Part shown: in pieces, positions 19,916 to 29,787 of the stretch | How the letters are laid out: the number at the start of each line of letters is the position of its first letter | How positions within the stretch are numbered: the first letter of the stretch is position 1 | Assembly (NCBI GenBank): GCA_964547465.1 | Contig: CAZJNI010000002.1 | Location: 6,043-70,042 of the forward strand | Direction of reading: 5' to 3' | DNA: 64,000 nucleotides | DNA from: an uncultured Gammaproteobacteria bacterium | GTDB lineage: Bacteria; Patescibacteriota; Microgenomatia; Daviesbacterales; UBA10151 | Translations under genes and position numbers: made by a program | Notes under the pieces: model-generated | What the model saw: only the letters and a program-made list of their open reading frames with translations | What the model was told of the DNA's origin: nothing | Database searches by the model: none

Positions 19916-20704
19916 ATGTTTTCTAAAAGATTAAAACGAAATACAGGATTTTTTAATAAGATCCTGATTTTTTTCACGGCAATTTTATTTTTAGTTCTTG
20001 TTTTTCTGGTTATAAAATCTTCAATTTTCGTCATTAAAAATATAGATATTGAAAAACAAAATGTGGATTGTGTTGATGATTTAAAAATCAAAGATTCTTC
20101 CCGAATTTTGGGTCAAAATTTTTTCTTAGTAGACACTCAAAAAATAGAGGGAAATCTAAAACTTAAGTTTTTTTGTATAAAAAAAGTTTTAACTAAAAAG
20201 GAATTTCCGAATAAAATAAAGCTAACATTACTGGGAAGAGAAGCAAAAGTTCTAGTTGCTCCTTTAAAAAATAAGGAAGCGACAACAGCAGCACTTTTAG
20301 AAAATATTGCCACCCCTTCTGCCCAAGATTTTTCAGATAATTTTTTTGTGGATGATGAAGGTGTTTCCTTCGGTAAAGCAAGTACCGGAAATGACCTGCC
20401 CAAGATTTTTCTTTATGGTAAGGGAATACCTTTGGGGGAGCAAAATTTACAAATTAAAGATACGATAAGAATTTTAGAAAAAATTAAGTCATTTAATATT
20501 GACATTAAAACAATGACTATTCAGGGTGATTTTCTAATTACTGAAACGCAACCTAAAATAGTATTTAATTTAGCGGGTAAGATAGACACCCAAATTGCAT
20601 CTTTACAATTAATCCTGCAGCAAGCTAAAATAGACTCAAATACTTTGGAGTTTATCGATTTAAGATTTGATAAGCCAATTGTTAAATTTGCCCCAAAGAA
20701 ATAG
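19916..20704 (+). CDS. ftsQ: FtsQ-like cell division protein (bitopic, POTRA-like)
   Basis: N-terminal TM (ILIFFTAILFLVLVFLVI). Position between murG and ftsA. Confidence 0.5.
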   Translation: MFSKRLKRNTGFFNKILIFFTAILFLVLVFLVIKSSIFVIKNIDIEKQNVDCVDDLKIKDSSRILGQNFFLVDTQKIEGNLKLKFFCIKKVLTKKEFPNKIKLTLLGREAKVLVAPLKNKEATTAALLENIATPSAQDFSDNFFVDDEGVSFGKASTGNDLPKIFLYGKGIPLGEQNLQIKDTIRILEKIKSFNIDIKTMTIQGDFLITETQPKIVFNLAGKIDTQIASLQLILQQAKIDSNTLEFIDLRFDKPIVKFAPKK

Positions 20705-20706
20705 TT

Positions 20707-22005
20707 ATGGCTAAGGATAAAGTAATCTGTGGTATAGATGTTGGATCATCAAAAATAGCAACTCTTATAGCTTCAGTTGATGAAGACGGAAAAATAAATC
20801 TTATCGGTGTTTCCTCAACTATTTCCAGGGGAGTAAGAAAAAATCAGGTTGTTGATATAGACGAAGCCGTTGCTGCAATTACTGAATCAGTTGAGGCAGC
20901 AGAGAGAATGGCAGGATATTCGATTTCTTCGGCATTCGTTTCTTTGGGTGGTCCACAAATAGAAAGTGTAAATCAACATGCAGTTGTTGCTGTTTCAGAA
21001 CCAGAAGGTGAAATAAAAGAATCTGATATACAAAGAGTAAATGATGCGGCAAGAGCACTCCCGCTTCCCTCTTCAAGAGAAATCCTGCACGTTATCCCCA
21101 GGACTTTTACAGTTGATGGACAAGAGGGGATTAAGGATCCAATTGGGATGACTGGGGTGAGACTGGAAACAGAAACACATATTATCACAGGTTCCTCGAC
21201 TTCAATGAGAAACCTGGTTAAGTGTGTTTCGCAAGTTGGCATTGATGTTTTAGAGTTAGTATTTTCAGGAATTGCCTCATCTATTGCCGTTTTAACTGAT
21301 ACTGAAAAAGAGCTGGGGGTAGTTTTGGTTGATATTGGCGGAGAGACTACTGATGTGGTGATATTTATTGACGGATCAGTCTCTTATTCCTCTGTTATCC
21401 CGATTGGTGCCCGTCATATTACATCTGATATGGCGGTAGGACTTCGGATTTCTTTGGAATCAGCAGAGAAAATAAAATTATCTTTAGCTAAAGTGGTAAA
21501 TACTCCGGCATTGGCAGATGAGAAAGAAGAAGAAAGTAAAAACGGTGCTGCCAGGAAAAAGGAAGACGGAATGCTTGATATAAAATCCCTGGGAATCACA
21601 GAGGATATACAAAAAATCTCCAGAAAAGCAGTAGTTGATGGAATAATTAGACCAAGACTCCAGGAAATATTTAAATATGTTGGCAAAGAGATTAAAAAAA
21701 GCGGTTTTGGGACTCAAATTCCTTCAGGACTTGTAATTTGTGGTGGGGGAGCGCAAACTGTTGGAATTTTAGATCAGGCAAAATATGTTTTGGGATTTCC
21801 TGCCAGGATTGGTCAAATTGAAGGATTATTTGGAATGATTGAGGAAATTGATTCTCCAACTTTTGCATCTGCCGCAGGCTTGATTCTTTATGGAGCAAGC
21901 CAGGGAACAAGAGGAGAAATACATTTACCGGTTCTCTCCGGAAACTTACCACTTAAAGGAATGATACAAAAGGGAATTTCTCTCATAAAGTCATTCCTGC
22001 CCTGA
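20707..22005 (+). CDS. ftsA: Cell division protein FtsA
   Basis: Actin-like ATPase N-terminus ICGIDVGSSKIATLIA. Immediately precedes ftsZ. Confidence 0.85.
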   Translation: MAKDKVICGIDVGSSKIATLIASVDEDGKINLIGVSSTISRGVRKNQVVDIDEAVAAITESVEAAERMAGYSISSAFVSLGGPQIESVNQHAVVAVSEPEGEIKESDIQRVNDAARALPLPSSREILHVIPRTFTVDGQEGIKDPIGMTGVRLETETHIITGSSTSMRNLVKCVSQVGIDVLELVFSGIASSIAVLTDTEKELGVVLVDIGGETTDVVIFIDGSVSYSSVIPIGARHITSDMAVGLRISLESAEKIKLSLAKVVNTPALADEKEEESKNGAARKKEDGMLDIKSLGITEDIQKISRKAVVDGIIRPRLQEIFKYVGKEIKKSGFGTQIPSGLVICGGGAQTVGILDQAKYVLGFPARIGQIEGLFGMIEEIDSPTFASAAGLILYGASQGTRGEIHLPVLSGNLPLKGMIQKGISLIKSFLP

Positions 22006-22087
22006 TGTTTGATGTTCCTTATTTAGGTACTTGATATCATTAAGTACAATCTGCTATATTCGGAGCGAAGTCTGTCCAAGAAGTATT

Positions 22088-23233
22088 ATGTTGATCAAAC
22101 CTGATGTTCAGAGATTTGCCAAGATTAAAGTCGTAGGACTTGGTGGCGGTGGTTCTAATTCTATAAGCTCCATGATTGCTCTTCAGCAAATTCAAGGGGT
22201 GGAATTTGTGGCTATAAATACCGATGCGCAAGCTTTAATGAATAATCAATCCCCCACCAAAGTACAAATTGGTGAAAGTTTAACTAAGGGTTTAGGTTCT
22301 GGTGGAGATCCGGAAATTGGCAAACAGGCAGCTGAAGAATCGACCCAAAAGTTAGAAGATGTATTGCAAGATGCTGATATGGTCTTCCTGACAGCCGGAA
22401 TGGGTGGAGGAACTGGAACAGGCTCAATTCCAATAGTTGCACAAATTGCCAAAAACGTGGGAGCTTTGACAGTAGCAGTTGTAACAAAGCCATTTTCTTT
22501 TGAAGGAACAAAAAGGATGGTGGTGGCAGAAGAAGGACTGGAGAAACTTAAGGATAAGGTTGATGCATTAATTATTATCCCCAACCAAAGGTTGCTTGAA
22601 ACCGTTGACAAAAATATCACTTTGCAGGACGCATTTAGGTTGGCAGATTCTGTCTTGGGCCAAGGGGTTCAAGGTATTTCTGATTTGATTACCATGCCAG
22701 GACTTATTAATGTTGATTTTGCAGATGTTAAAACAATCATGTCTAATGCCGGTTCTGCTTTAATGGGAATTGGTGTGGCAGGCGGGGAAAACAGGGCTGC
22801 TGCAGCAGCCAGAATGGCTATTGCCTCGCCCCTCTTGGAGGTTTCAATTGAGGGTGCCAAAGGGGTTTTGTTTAATATTGTAGGAGGATCAGATCTATCC
22901 ATGGCAGAGGTTAATGAGGCGGCACAAATTATTGCTCAAGCCGCAGATCCTGATGCTAATATTATTTTTGGTGCAACTATAAAAGAGGATCAATTGGATC
23001 AGGTTAAACTTTCTGTGATTGCCACAGGATTTGATGAAACAAGAAGAAGGCTCCGGGAATATATAGGTAGTGGAATTGGTTCATCATCCCTGCAAAATAC
23101 AGCAACACCATGGCAGGAAGAGGCTGAAGAAACTCCCGCTTCTCAAACAGTTTCTGAAGCAGAAGTGGCAGAAGAAGAGACCAAAGAGGAAGACGACTTA
23201 GAAATACCTGCTTTCTTACGTAGTAACCGCTAG
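22088..23233 (+). CDS. ftsZ: Cell division GTPase FtsZ
   Basis: Tubulin signature GGGTGTG. IKVVGLGGGGSN. Acidic C-terminal tail with DDLEIPAFLR. Confidence 0.9.
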   Translation: MLIKPDVQRFAKIKVVGLGGGGSNSISSMIALQQIQGVEFVAINTDAQALMNNQSPTKVQIGESLTKGLGSGGDPEIGKQAAEESTQKLEDVLQDADMVFLTAGMGGGTGTGSIPIVAQIAKNVGALTVAVVTKPFSFEGTKRMVVAEEGLEKLKDKVDALIIIPNQRLLETVDKNITLQDAFRLADSVLGQGVQGISDLITMPGLINVDFADVKTIMSNAGSALMGIGVAGGENRAAAAARMAIASPLLEVSIEGAKGVLFNIVGGSDLSMAEVNEAAQIIAQAADPDANIIFGATIKEDQLDQVKLSVIATGFDETRRRLREYIGSGIGSSSLQNTATPWQEEAEETPASQTVSEAEVAEEETKEEDDLEIPAFLRSNR

Positions 23234-23268
23234 AGTTAAGTCCAAAATTCTGTTAAAATTCTTTCATT

Positions 23269-26190
23269 ATGGCTAAATTGAAGAACTCGCTTCGCGAGAC
23301 CTTGCGACCCTTTCAGGGTCTAAAAAGCGTTTCTTCGCAAGTTGATTTTCCAGCTCTGGAGAGGGAACTCCTAGACTATTGGTACAAAGAGGGAATTATT
23401 GAGAAATATCTAAAAAAGAACCAGGAGGCTGAAGAAAAATTTTCTTTTCTGGATGGGCCGATTACTGCCAATAATCCAATGGGGGTTCATCATGCCTGGG
23501 GAAGAACTTATAAGGATCTTTGGCAAAGATTTTTTAACATGAAGGGTTATGCGCAGAGGTTTCAGAATGGATTTGATGAGCAAGGACTCTGGGTAGAAGT
23601 TGAAGTAGAAAAAGAACTAGGACTACATAGTAAAAAAGATATCGAAAATTTAATACCAGGAGATAAATTTAAAAGTTTGGAAAAATTTATTAATCTTTGT
23701 AAAGAGAGGGTAAAGAAATTTTCTGAAATTCAAACTGACCAAAGTAAAAGACTAGGCTATTTTATGGATTGGGATAATTCTTACCATACTTCCTCTGATG
23801 AAAACAATTTCGCAATCTGGAATTTCTTAAAAGTTGTTAATGATAAAGGCTGGCTTTATAAAGGGCATGATAGTGTTCCATGGTGTCCAAGATGCGGAAC
23901 AGCAATTTCCCAGCATGAAATTTTGACAGAGGATTATAAAGAAATTGATCATGAATCAGTATATTTCAAGTTACCCATTAGAGATAGAAAAAATGAATAC
24001 TTAGTTGTTTGGACAACTACTCCATGGACTATACCAGCCAATGTTGCTGTGGCCGTGGATCCAAAAATAAAGTATGTAAAAATAGAGGAAAATGGTGAAA
24101 TTTATTACCTAGCTGAATCAAGACTGGGCATTATAGGAAAGGGTGTAGTCATCAGTAATGCTGTATCAGCTAAAGATTTAGTGGGACTTGAATATGAAGC
24201 TCCATTTGATCATCTGCCTAGAGTTTCAGAAGCTTTGGGCGAATATATCCATAGGGTGGTAGAAACTGATGACTTAATTTTACCCATTACAACTGAAGAG
24301 GGAACTGGATTAGTCCATGTAGCTCCAGGTGCCGGGTCAGAAGATTTTAAATTGGGAAAAAAATTAGGTCTTCCAGTAATTGAGCTCATTGATGAGGAAG
24401 CAAATTATATGGACAAAATGGAGGATTTCTCTAATCAGAATGCTAAAAAACATCCGGAATTAATAATAGATTTTCTAAACAAAAAAGATGGCGGGAAATT
24501 TTTGTTTAAGACTGAAAGAATAAAACATAGATATCCAAATTGCTGGAGATGTAAATCCGAACTTGTTTGGAGAGTTGTTGATGAGTGGTACATAGCAATG
24601 GATCGTGATGACGAATCAGGAAAAACTTATCGGGAACAAATGGTGGAAGTTGTTAAAAACATAAACTGGATACCGAAGTGGGGATTAGAGCGAGAATTAG
24701 ATTGGCTTAAAAACATGCATGATTGGTTAATTTCCAAAAAAAGATATTGGGGTTTAAGCTTACCGGTTTGGGAATGTAGTAAATGTGGTAATTTTGAAGT
24801 AATTGGTAGTAAAGAGGAGCTTAAAGAAAGAGCTGTTGAAGGTTGGGATAAGTTTGAGGGACATTCTCCGCATAGGCCCTGGATTGATCAAGTCAGGATT
24901 AAATGCTCAAATTGTTCAGAAATAATTTCAAGGATTCCAGATGTGGGGAATCCCTGGCTTGATGCTGGAATCGTACCATTCTCTACCTTGCCAGAAGACT
25001 TTTTTCCAGCAGATTTTATAACAGAAAGCTTTCCGGGTCAGTTTAAAAATTGGTTTTATTCACTTATAGCTATGAGTACAGCTTTAAAAAGAGAAGCTCC
25101 ATTTAAAAACATTTTAGGTTTTGCTTCTTTACTTGATGAAAAAGGTGAACCAATGCATAAGTCTAGGGGTAATGCCATTGAGTTTAATGAAGCAGCAGAT
25201 AAAATCGGTGCAGATGTAATGAGATGGATGTACGTTACTCAAAACCCAGAATTCAATTTACTTTTTGGATATACTCCGGCTGCTGAAGTTAAGAGAAGGT
25301 TTTATCTTATTCTATGGAATAGTTATAAGTTTTTCATAGATTATGCACTTTTGAATAAGTGGGATTGCAAAGAAGAGATTGATAATCTGACAGTTTTAGA
25401 TAAATGGGTATTAGCACGCCTTACAGAAGTTGTTTTAGCGGTTAATAAGAATTTGGAGAATTTTGATGCTGCCTCATCTACCAGGGCAATTGAGGATTTT
25501 GTAGTGAATGACTTTTCAACCTGGTACATCAGACGATCAAGGGATAGAGTCGGACTTGATGTTGATAAATCCGATCGCAGCGCAGCTTTATCAGTTATGT
25601 ACGGAGTGTTAGTCACGTTATCAAAACTTTTAGCTCCCTTTATTCCGTTTATAACTGAAGAGATGTATCAAAATTTAACTGGTGATATATCTGTACACTT
25701 AAGTGATTATCCACTGGGGGACAAAACTCTACTTGATGAAAAATTAATTGAGCAAATGAAAATAGTCAGAAAAATAGCAGAAGCAGCACATGCTAAAAGA
25801 AAAGAAGCAGGAATTAAGCTCAGACAACCCTTAGCTAGTTTAACTTATAAATCCTTAGTTCAGTTAAGGCAAGATTTAGAAAAGATTTTATCAGAGGAGC
25901 TTAATGTTAAGAAGATTGAATACCAAAAATCCTCAAAGACTGAGCCTGAAGTAGAGTTGGATACAAAAATTACTCCCGCTCTTAAAGAAGAAGGTGAGGC
26001 TAGAGATTTAATCAGGCAGGTTCAGCAACTTAGAAAGGAACAAAATCTAACTTTGGTAGATAAAACAAAAATAACTGCCCCAAGTTGGCCAAAAGATTTT
26101 GAGAAACAAATTCTTGTTGGGACAGCTTCTGTCTCTATTCAAAAAGGCAATGAGCTTTCTGTTATCAAAGTAGAAGATGTTAAATCTTAA
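23269..26190 (+). CDS. ileS: Isoleucine--tRNA ligase with divergent signature motifs
   Basis: [25 protein letters not shown] matches IleS [35 protein letters not shown] matches DWCISRQRYWG.PIP. KMSKS-like PMHKS. HIGH region is atypical (GVHHAWG). Confidence 0.8.
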   Translation: [973 protein letters not shown]

Positions 26191-27241
26191 GCTTATTAAT
26201 TGGCAAATCACCCTGGCAAGTTTTTTACTTGTTTGTATTGGAATTTTAATTATTTTTTCATCATCCAGGGAACTTGCCATACAGCAGATAATCTTTAGCA
26301 TTTTAGGACTTACTTTTTTCCTGATAGTTTCACAGCTTGATTTTCATGCTTTAGTGAGCTTCATAAAGCCTGCTTATTTTTTAATAATTTTTTTACTTAT
26401 TGCAGTTTTAATCTTGGGAGTAGAAACCAGGGGAACTTTGAGATGGATACCTTTAGGGATTTTCAATATTCAACCATCCGAGTTTGCAAAACCAATATTA
26501 ATTTTATTTTTAGCAAGATTCTGGTCAAATAATATTCCCTCCTGGAGAAATATTTTTAAATGCTTGCTTTGGGTTTTACCTATTTTTATTCTAATATTTA
26601 AGCAACCAGACTTGGGTTCTGCCTTAACTATTGCAGCAATCTGGTTAGGTATGTTATTTGCAGCAAAAGTTTCCCTTAAAAAAATAATTGTTATTATATT
26701 AATTAGCGCATTTATTCTTCCCTTAGGTTGGCATCTTTTGCATGATTATCAAAGACAAAGGATTATCAGCTTTTTAGCTCCTCAAAGCGACCCATTAGGT
26801 AGGGGATATAATTTAATTCAATCAACCATTGCTGTTGGATCAGGACAGTTTTTAGGAAGAGGTTTAGGAAGAGGGACTCAATCCAGGCTTCAATTTTTGC
26901 CTGAATTTAGAACTGATTTTATTTTTGCCTCAATTGCGGAGGAGATGGGACTTTTAGGTTCAGCTGTTATTTTGAGTTTATATCTTTTTATAATTGTTTA
27001 TAGTTTATTTCTTGCCAATAAAATTTCGGATCCGGCAAATTTACTCCTAATTGTTGGGGTTGTATCAATGCTTCTTTTCCAGACTTTTGTTAATATTGGA
27101 ATGAATATGGGTCTTTTACCAATTACAGGTATTACTCTGCCTTTGATTTCTTATGGCGGCAGTTCTTTAATAGCTACTTTTATATGTTTGGGACTTATCT
27201 CATCAGCCTGGAAATTTGGGAAAAGAATTGACCACGATTAG
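26177..27241 (+). CDS. rodA: SEDS-family protein, RodA-like (second SEDS copy)
   Basis: Multi-TM protein with a SEDS C-terminal region (LLPITGITLPLISYGGSSL). Confidence 0.7.
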   Translation: MLNLKLINWQITLASFLLVCIGILIIFSSSRELAIQQIIFSILGLTFFLIVSQLDFHALVSFIKPAYFLIIFLLIAVLILGVETRGTLRWIPLGIFNIQPSEFAKPILILFLARFWSNNIPSWRNIFKCLLWVLPIFILIFKQPDLGSALTIAAIWLGMLFAAKVSLKKIIVIILISAFILPLGWHLLHDYQRQRIISFLAPQSDPLGRGYNLIQSTIAVGSGQFLGRGLGRGTQSRLQFLPEFRTDFIFASIAEEMGLLGSAVILSLYLFIIVYSLFLANKISDPANLLLIVGVVSMLLFQTFVNIGMNMGLLPITGITLPLISYGGSSLIATFICLGLISSAWKFGKRIDHD

Positions 27242-27262
27242 TTTACATGTTAAAATCTCTCC

Positions 27263-27568
27263 ATGTTAAATTATGCAATCTGTGAAATAAACGGTAAACA
27301 ATATAAGATTTTCCCTAATATTCCTTTGTTGATTGATTATCAAGGCGAAAAAAATAAGGATATAGAGGCTAATGTTTTGCTAATGGAGGATGGTAAGCTG
27401 CATTTGGGAAAGCCGTATCTTAAGGAAAAATTAAATTTAAAATTTGTTGAGAATACTCAAGGAGAGAAAGTCAGAGTATCTAAATTTCATGCCAAGGCAA
27501 ATTATAGAAAAATAACAGGTAAAAGAGCAAAATTTACCAAAGTTGTTCTGAATGTGAAAAGGGCTTGA
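27263..27568 (+). CDS. rplU: 50S ribosomal protein L21
   Basis: MLNYAICEINGKQYKI... Confidence 0.85.
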   Translation: MLNYAICEINGKQYKIFPNIPLLIDYQGEKNKDIEANVLLMEDGKLHLGKPYLKEKLNLKFVENTQGEKVRVSKFHAKANYRKITGKRAKFTKVVLNVKRA

Positions 27569-27592
27569 TACGTTCATGAGACTGAACGTATC
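27567..27592. repeat. Hairpin element GATACGTTCA-tgagac-TGAACGTATC in the L21-L27 spacer
   Basis: Perfect 10-bp inverted repeat seen directly. Related to elements at 43331 and 56724. Confidence 0.6.
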
Positions 27593-27638
27593 TTGACAAT
27601 AGTTTTCACGGAGTGTATCTTACAATTGTCTTAATGTT

Positions 27639-27884
27639 ATGGCGCATAAAGCAGGTGGTGGAAGTACCAGAAAAAATAGAGATTCGATATCAAAGCGTTT
27701 AGGCGTTAAAATTTATGGTGGAGCAAAAGTAATTTCAGGCAACATTATTGTCCGTCAAAAAGGAAATAAATTTTATCCGGGAGTTGGGACAAAGCAGGGT
27801 AATGACTACACAATATTCGCAGTGACGAGTGGAAAAATAGAATTTAAGAAAAAGTTGGGAAAAAGTTTAATTAATGTTGTTTAA
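27639..27884 (+). CDS. rpmA: 50S ribosomal protein L27
   Basis: [16 protein letters not shown]... Confidence 0.9.
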   Translation: MAHKAGGGSTRKNRDSISKRLGVKIYGGAKVISGNIIVRQKGNKFYPGVGTKQGNDYTIFAVTSGKIEFKKKLGKSLINVV

Positions 27885-27890
27885 ATAAAA

Positions 27891-28736
27891 ATGGATGAAT
27901 CTATCTATGAGTTGGAAATAGACCTGCTGCAGCCAAATCCCCTGCAGCCAAGAGGATTGATCACACCGGAATCTTTATCTGAACTGGCAGAATCTATCAG
28001 GGCGCATGGAATTTTAGAGCCTATTGTGGTTGCTAAAACTCCTGCCGGTTATCAAATTATTGCAGGGGAGCGAAGATGGAGAGCTTCCAAAGTTGTGGGT
28101 ATTCCTAAGGTTCCGGTGATAATCCGGGAAACCACTCCGCAGGGTATGCTGGAGATGGCTATTGTAGAAAATGTTCAAAGGATAGATTTAAATCCGCTGG
28201 AGAGGGCCCAAGCTTACAAAAGATTAATGGATGAATTTACGCTAACTAATGCAGAAATTTCAGAAAGAGTTTCAAAAAGTCCATCCTATATTTCCAACAC
28301 AATAAGACTGCTGACCCTGCCTGATGCGCTTAAGGATGCCTTAATGTCCGGGGCCACCACAGAAGGTCATGCCAGAGCTTTAGCAGCCCTGGAGGATCCA
28401 CACCTTATTATAGAGGCTTATAAAGAAGTATTAAAAAGAAATCTATCTGTCAGGGGTACAGAGGATTTGGTTAGAAGGTTTAGGGCAAAGGAAGGAATCG
28501 GGCCTAAGAGGGCAGCTACTATTGAGACAATGCATATACTTTCAGAAGAATTGGATCGGGTGCAAAATGATTTAAGTTCTGCCTTGTCTAAAAAAGTAGA
28601 TAGGGCAGAAGTAAAGTGTTCACAAACCGGTCAAAAGGCAAAAGTGGAGTTATTATTGGAAGGAAATCCGGAAAAAACTACACCTGCCTTGGAAGATATA
28701 AGAGCGGCAATAGTTGGTTATTTTAATCTTTCGTAG
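27891..28736 (+). CDS. parB: ParB/Spo0J-family partition protein
   Basis: ParB box GILEPIVVAKTPAGYQIIAGERRWRAS. Confidence 0.85.
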   Translation: MDESIYELEIDLLQPNPLQPRGLITPESLSELAESIRAHGILEPIVVAKTPAGYQIIAGERRWRASKVVGIPKVPVIIRETTPQGMLEMAIVENVQRIDLNPLERAQAYKRLMDEFTLTNAEISERVSKSPSYISNTIRLLTLPDALKDALMSGATTEGHARALAALEDPHLIIEAYKEVLKRNLSVRGTEDLVRRFRAKEGIGPKRAATIETMHILSEELDRVQNDLSSALSKKVDRAEVKCSQTGQKAKVELLLEGNPEKTTPALEDIRAAIVGYFNLS

Positions 28737-28742
28737 AACTGA

Positions 28743-29336
28743 TTATTTGTTAGTTAAAAGTCCAACGCTCGGAGGTGGCCAGTATCTAAAAAAAGCTCTT
28801 CCCACAATCTCTTCTTTGGTTACCGCTCCCCATTCTCTTGAATCAGATGAGTGTTCTCTATTATCCCCAAAAACAAAATATTGATTAGGCCCGGCTTTAA
28901 CTGTTGAACCTTCCAGAAGAAATGACCCTCCATTTGTATGGATCCCTGCAGGTAAAAATGGTTGAGAGATTATCTCATCATTTACAGAAACCGTGTTATC
29001 TGCCACTTTTATTGTATCCCCGGGGACTGCCATTATTCTTTTGATAAAATCTTGAGATTCATCCCTGGGGTTTTTTAAAACAATGATGTCTCCCTTCTTC
29101 GGTGAACCAAATCTATAACTTATTTTTTCGGTAATAATATAATCCCCATTTTGCAGGGTCGGGATCATGGAGCTTCCGGAAACTTTATGAAATTGGGCAA
29201 TAAATAAATAAATAATGAAAAAAATTGCGACACAAACAACAACAGTCTCAATAATTTCTATAAAATAGCCGCCTAATTTATTAAAAAAGCCTTTTTCTTC
29301 CCCATACCCATAACTTGTATAACCTTCAGGATCCAT
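28743..29336 (-). CDS. lepB: Signal peptidase I (S26)
   Basis: SGSSMIPTL catalytic Ser box. N-terminal TM. Confidence 0.85.
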   Translation of the reverse strand: MDPEGYTSYGYGEEKGFFNKLGGYFIEIIETVVVCVAIFFIIYLFIAQFHKVSGSSMIPTLQNGDYIITEKISYRFGSPKKGDIIVLKNPRDESQDFIKRIMAVPGDTIKVADNTVSVNDEIISQPFLPAGIHTNGGSFLLEGSTVKAGPNQYFVFGDNREHSSDSREWGAVTKEEIVGRAFFRYWPPPSVGLLTNK

Positions 29337-29401
29337 TCTTAAGATTATCGCAAAATTTCAGGTTGTGATGCAAGTACTACGGTGCTAAAATGACTTCTAA
29401 T

Positions 29402-29487
29402 GGAGTCATAGCTCAGTTGGTTTACCCGTTCAAATTTTTGCAGAGCAAAAACTTGCGCGGGTAAAGAGCGCCGCATTCATCCGCGCG
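29402..29487 (+). pseudogene. Degenerate tRNA-Val-like 5' fragment (acceptor 5' arm plus D-arm) with a ~43-nt hairpin inserted in the D-loop; not a functional tRNA
   Basis: GGAGTCATAGCTCAGTTGGTT matches the start of tRNA-Val at 29778 (GGACAAGTAGCTCAGTTGGTT). An inserted imperfect hairpin at 29422-29464 is followed by a non-pairing anticodon-arm-like stretch. No 3' acceptor complement. Confidence 0.35.
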
Positions 29488-29523
29488 AATCTTAACAGAT
29501 TCGATCGGATTCACATATAAAAT

Positions 29524-29787
29524 ATGTATTATGTATACGTTCTTAGGAGCTTAAAGGATGGAAAGTTATATTCTGGGTATACATCCAATTTGAAGCAAAG
29601 ATTGGAATACCATAATAATGGTAAGGTAGAATCTACTAAATGGAGAAAACCTTTTGAGTTGATCTATTTTGAAGGGTATAATCATCATCAAGATGCAACT
29701 GCAAGAGAAAAGTTCTTTAAGACGCAATGGGGTAGGAATTATATAAGGAGGGTGTTAAAGAATTATTGGAAAGAAATGGACAAGTAG
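29524..29787 (+). CDS. Small GIY-YIG nuclease-domain protein (YhbQ/UPF0213-like); stop codon overlaps the first 10 nt of tRNA-Val
   Basis: YVYVLRS..DGKLYSGYTSNLKQRLEYHNNG is a GIY-YIG motif. 87 aa. Confidence 0.75.
   Translation: MYYVYVLRSLKDGKLYSGYTSNLKQRLEYHNNGKVESTKWRKPFELIYFEGYNHHQDATAREKFFKTQWGRNYIRRVLKNYWKEMDK

Noticed and set aside
20137-22902. Antisense ORFs inside ftsQ, ftsA and ftsZ (e.g. 20137..20403, 20973..21242, 21414..21686, 22246..22620, 22669..22902)
   Set aside because: They are embedded opposite well-supported conserved genes and have low-complexity, Ser/Pro-rich translations typical of antisense frames.
29402-29520. Possibility that the upstream tRNA-like sequence is a functional (intron-containing or split) tRNA
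   Set aside because: Anticodon-arm-like segment cannot form a 5-bp stem. No 3' acceptor strand complementary to GGAGTCA. The downstream tRNA-Val is complete on its own, which argues against an intron-split gene.
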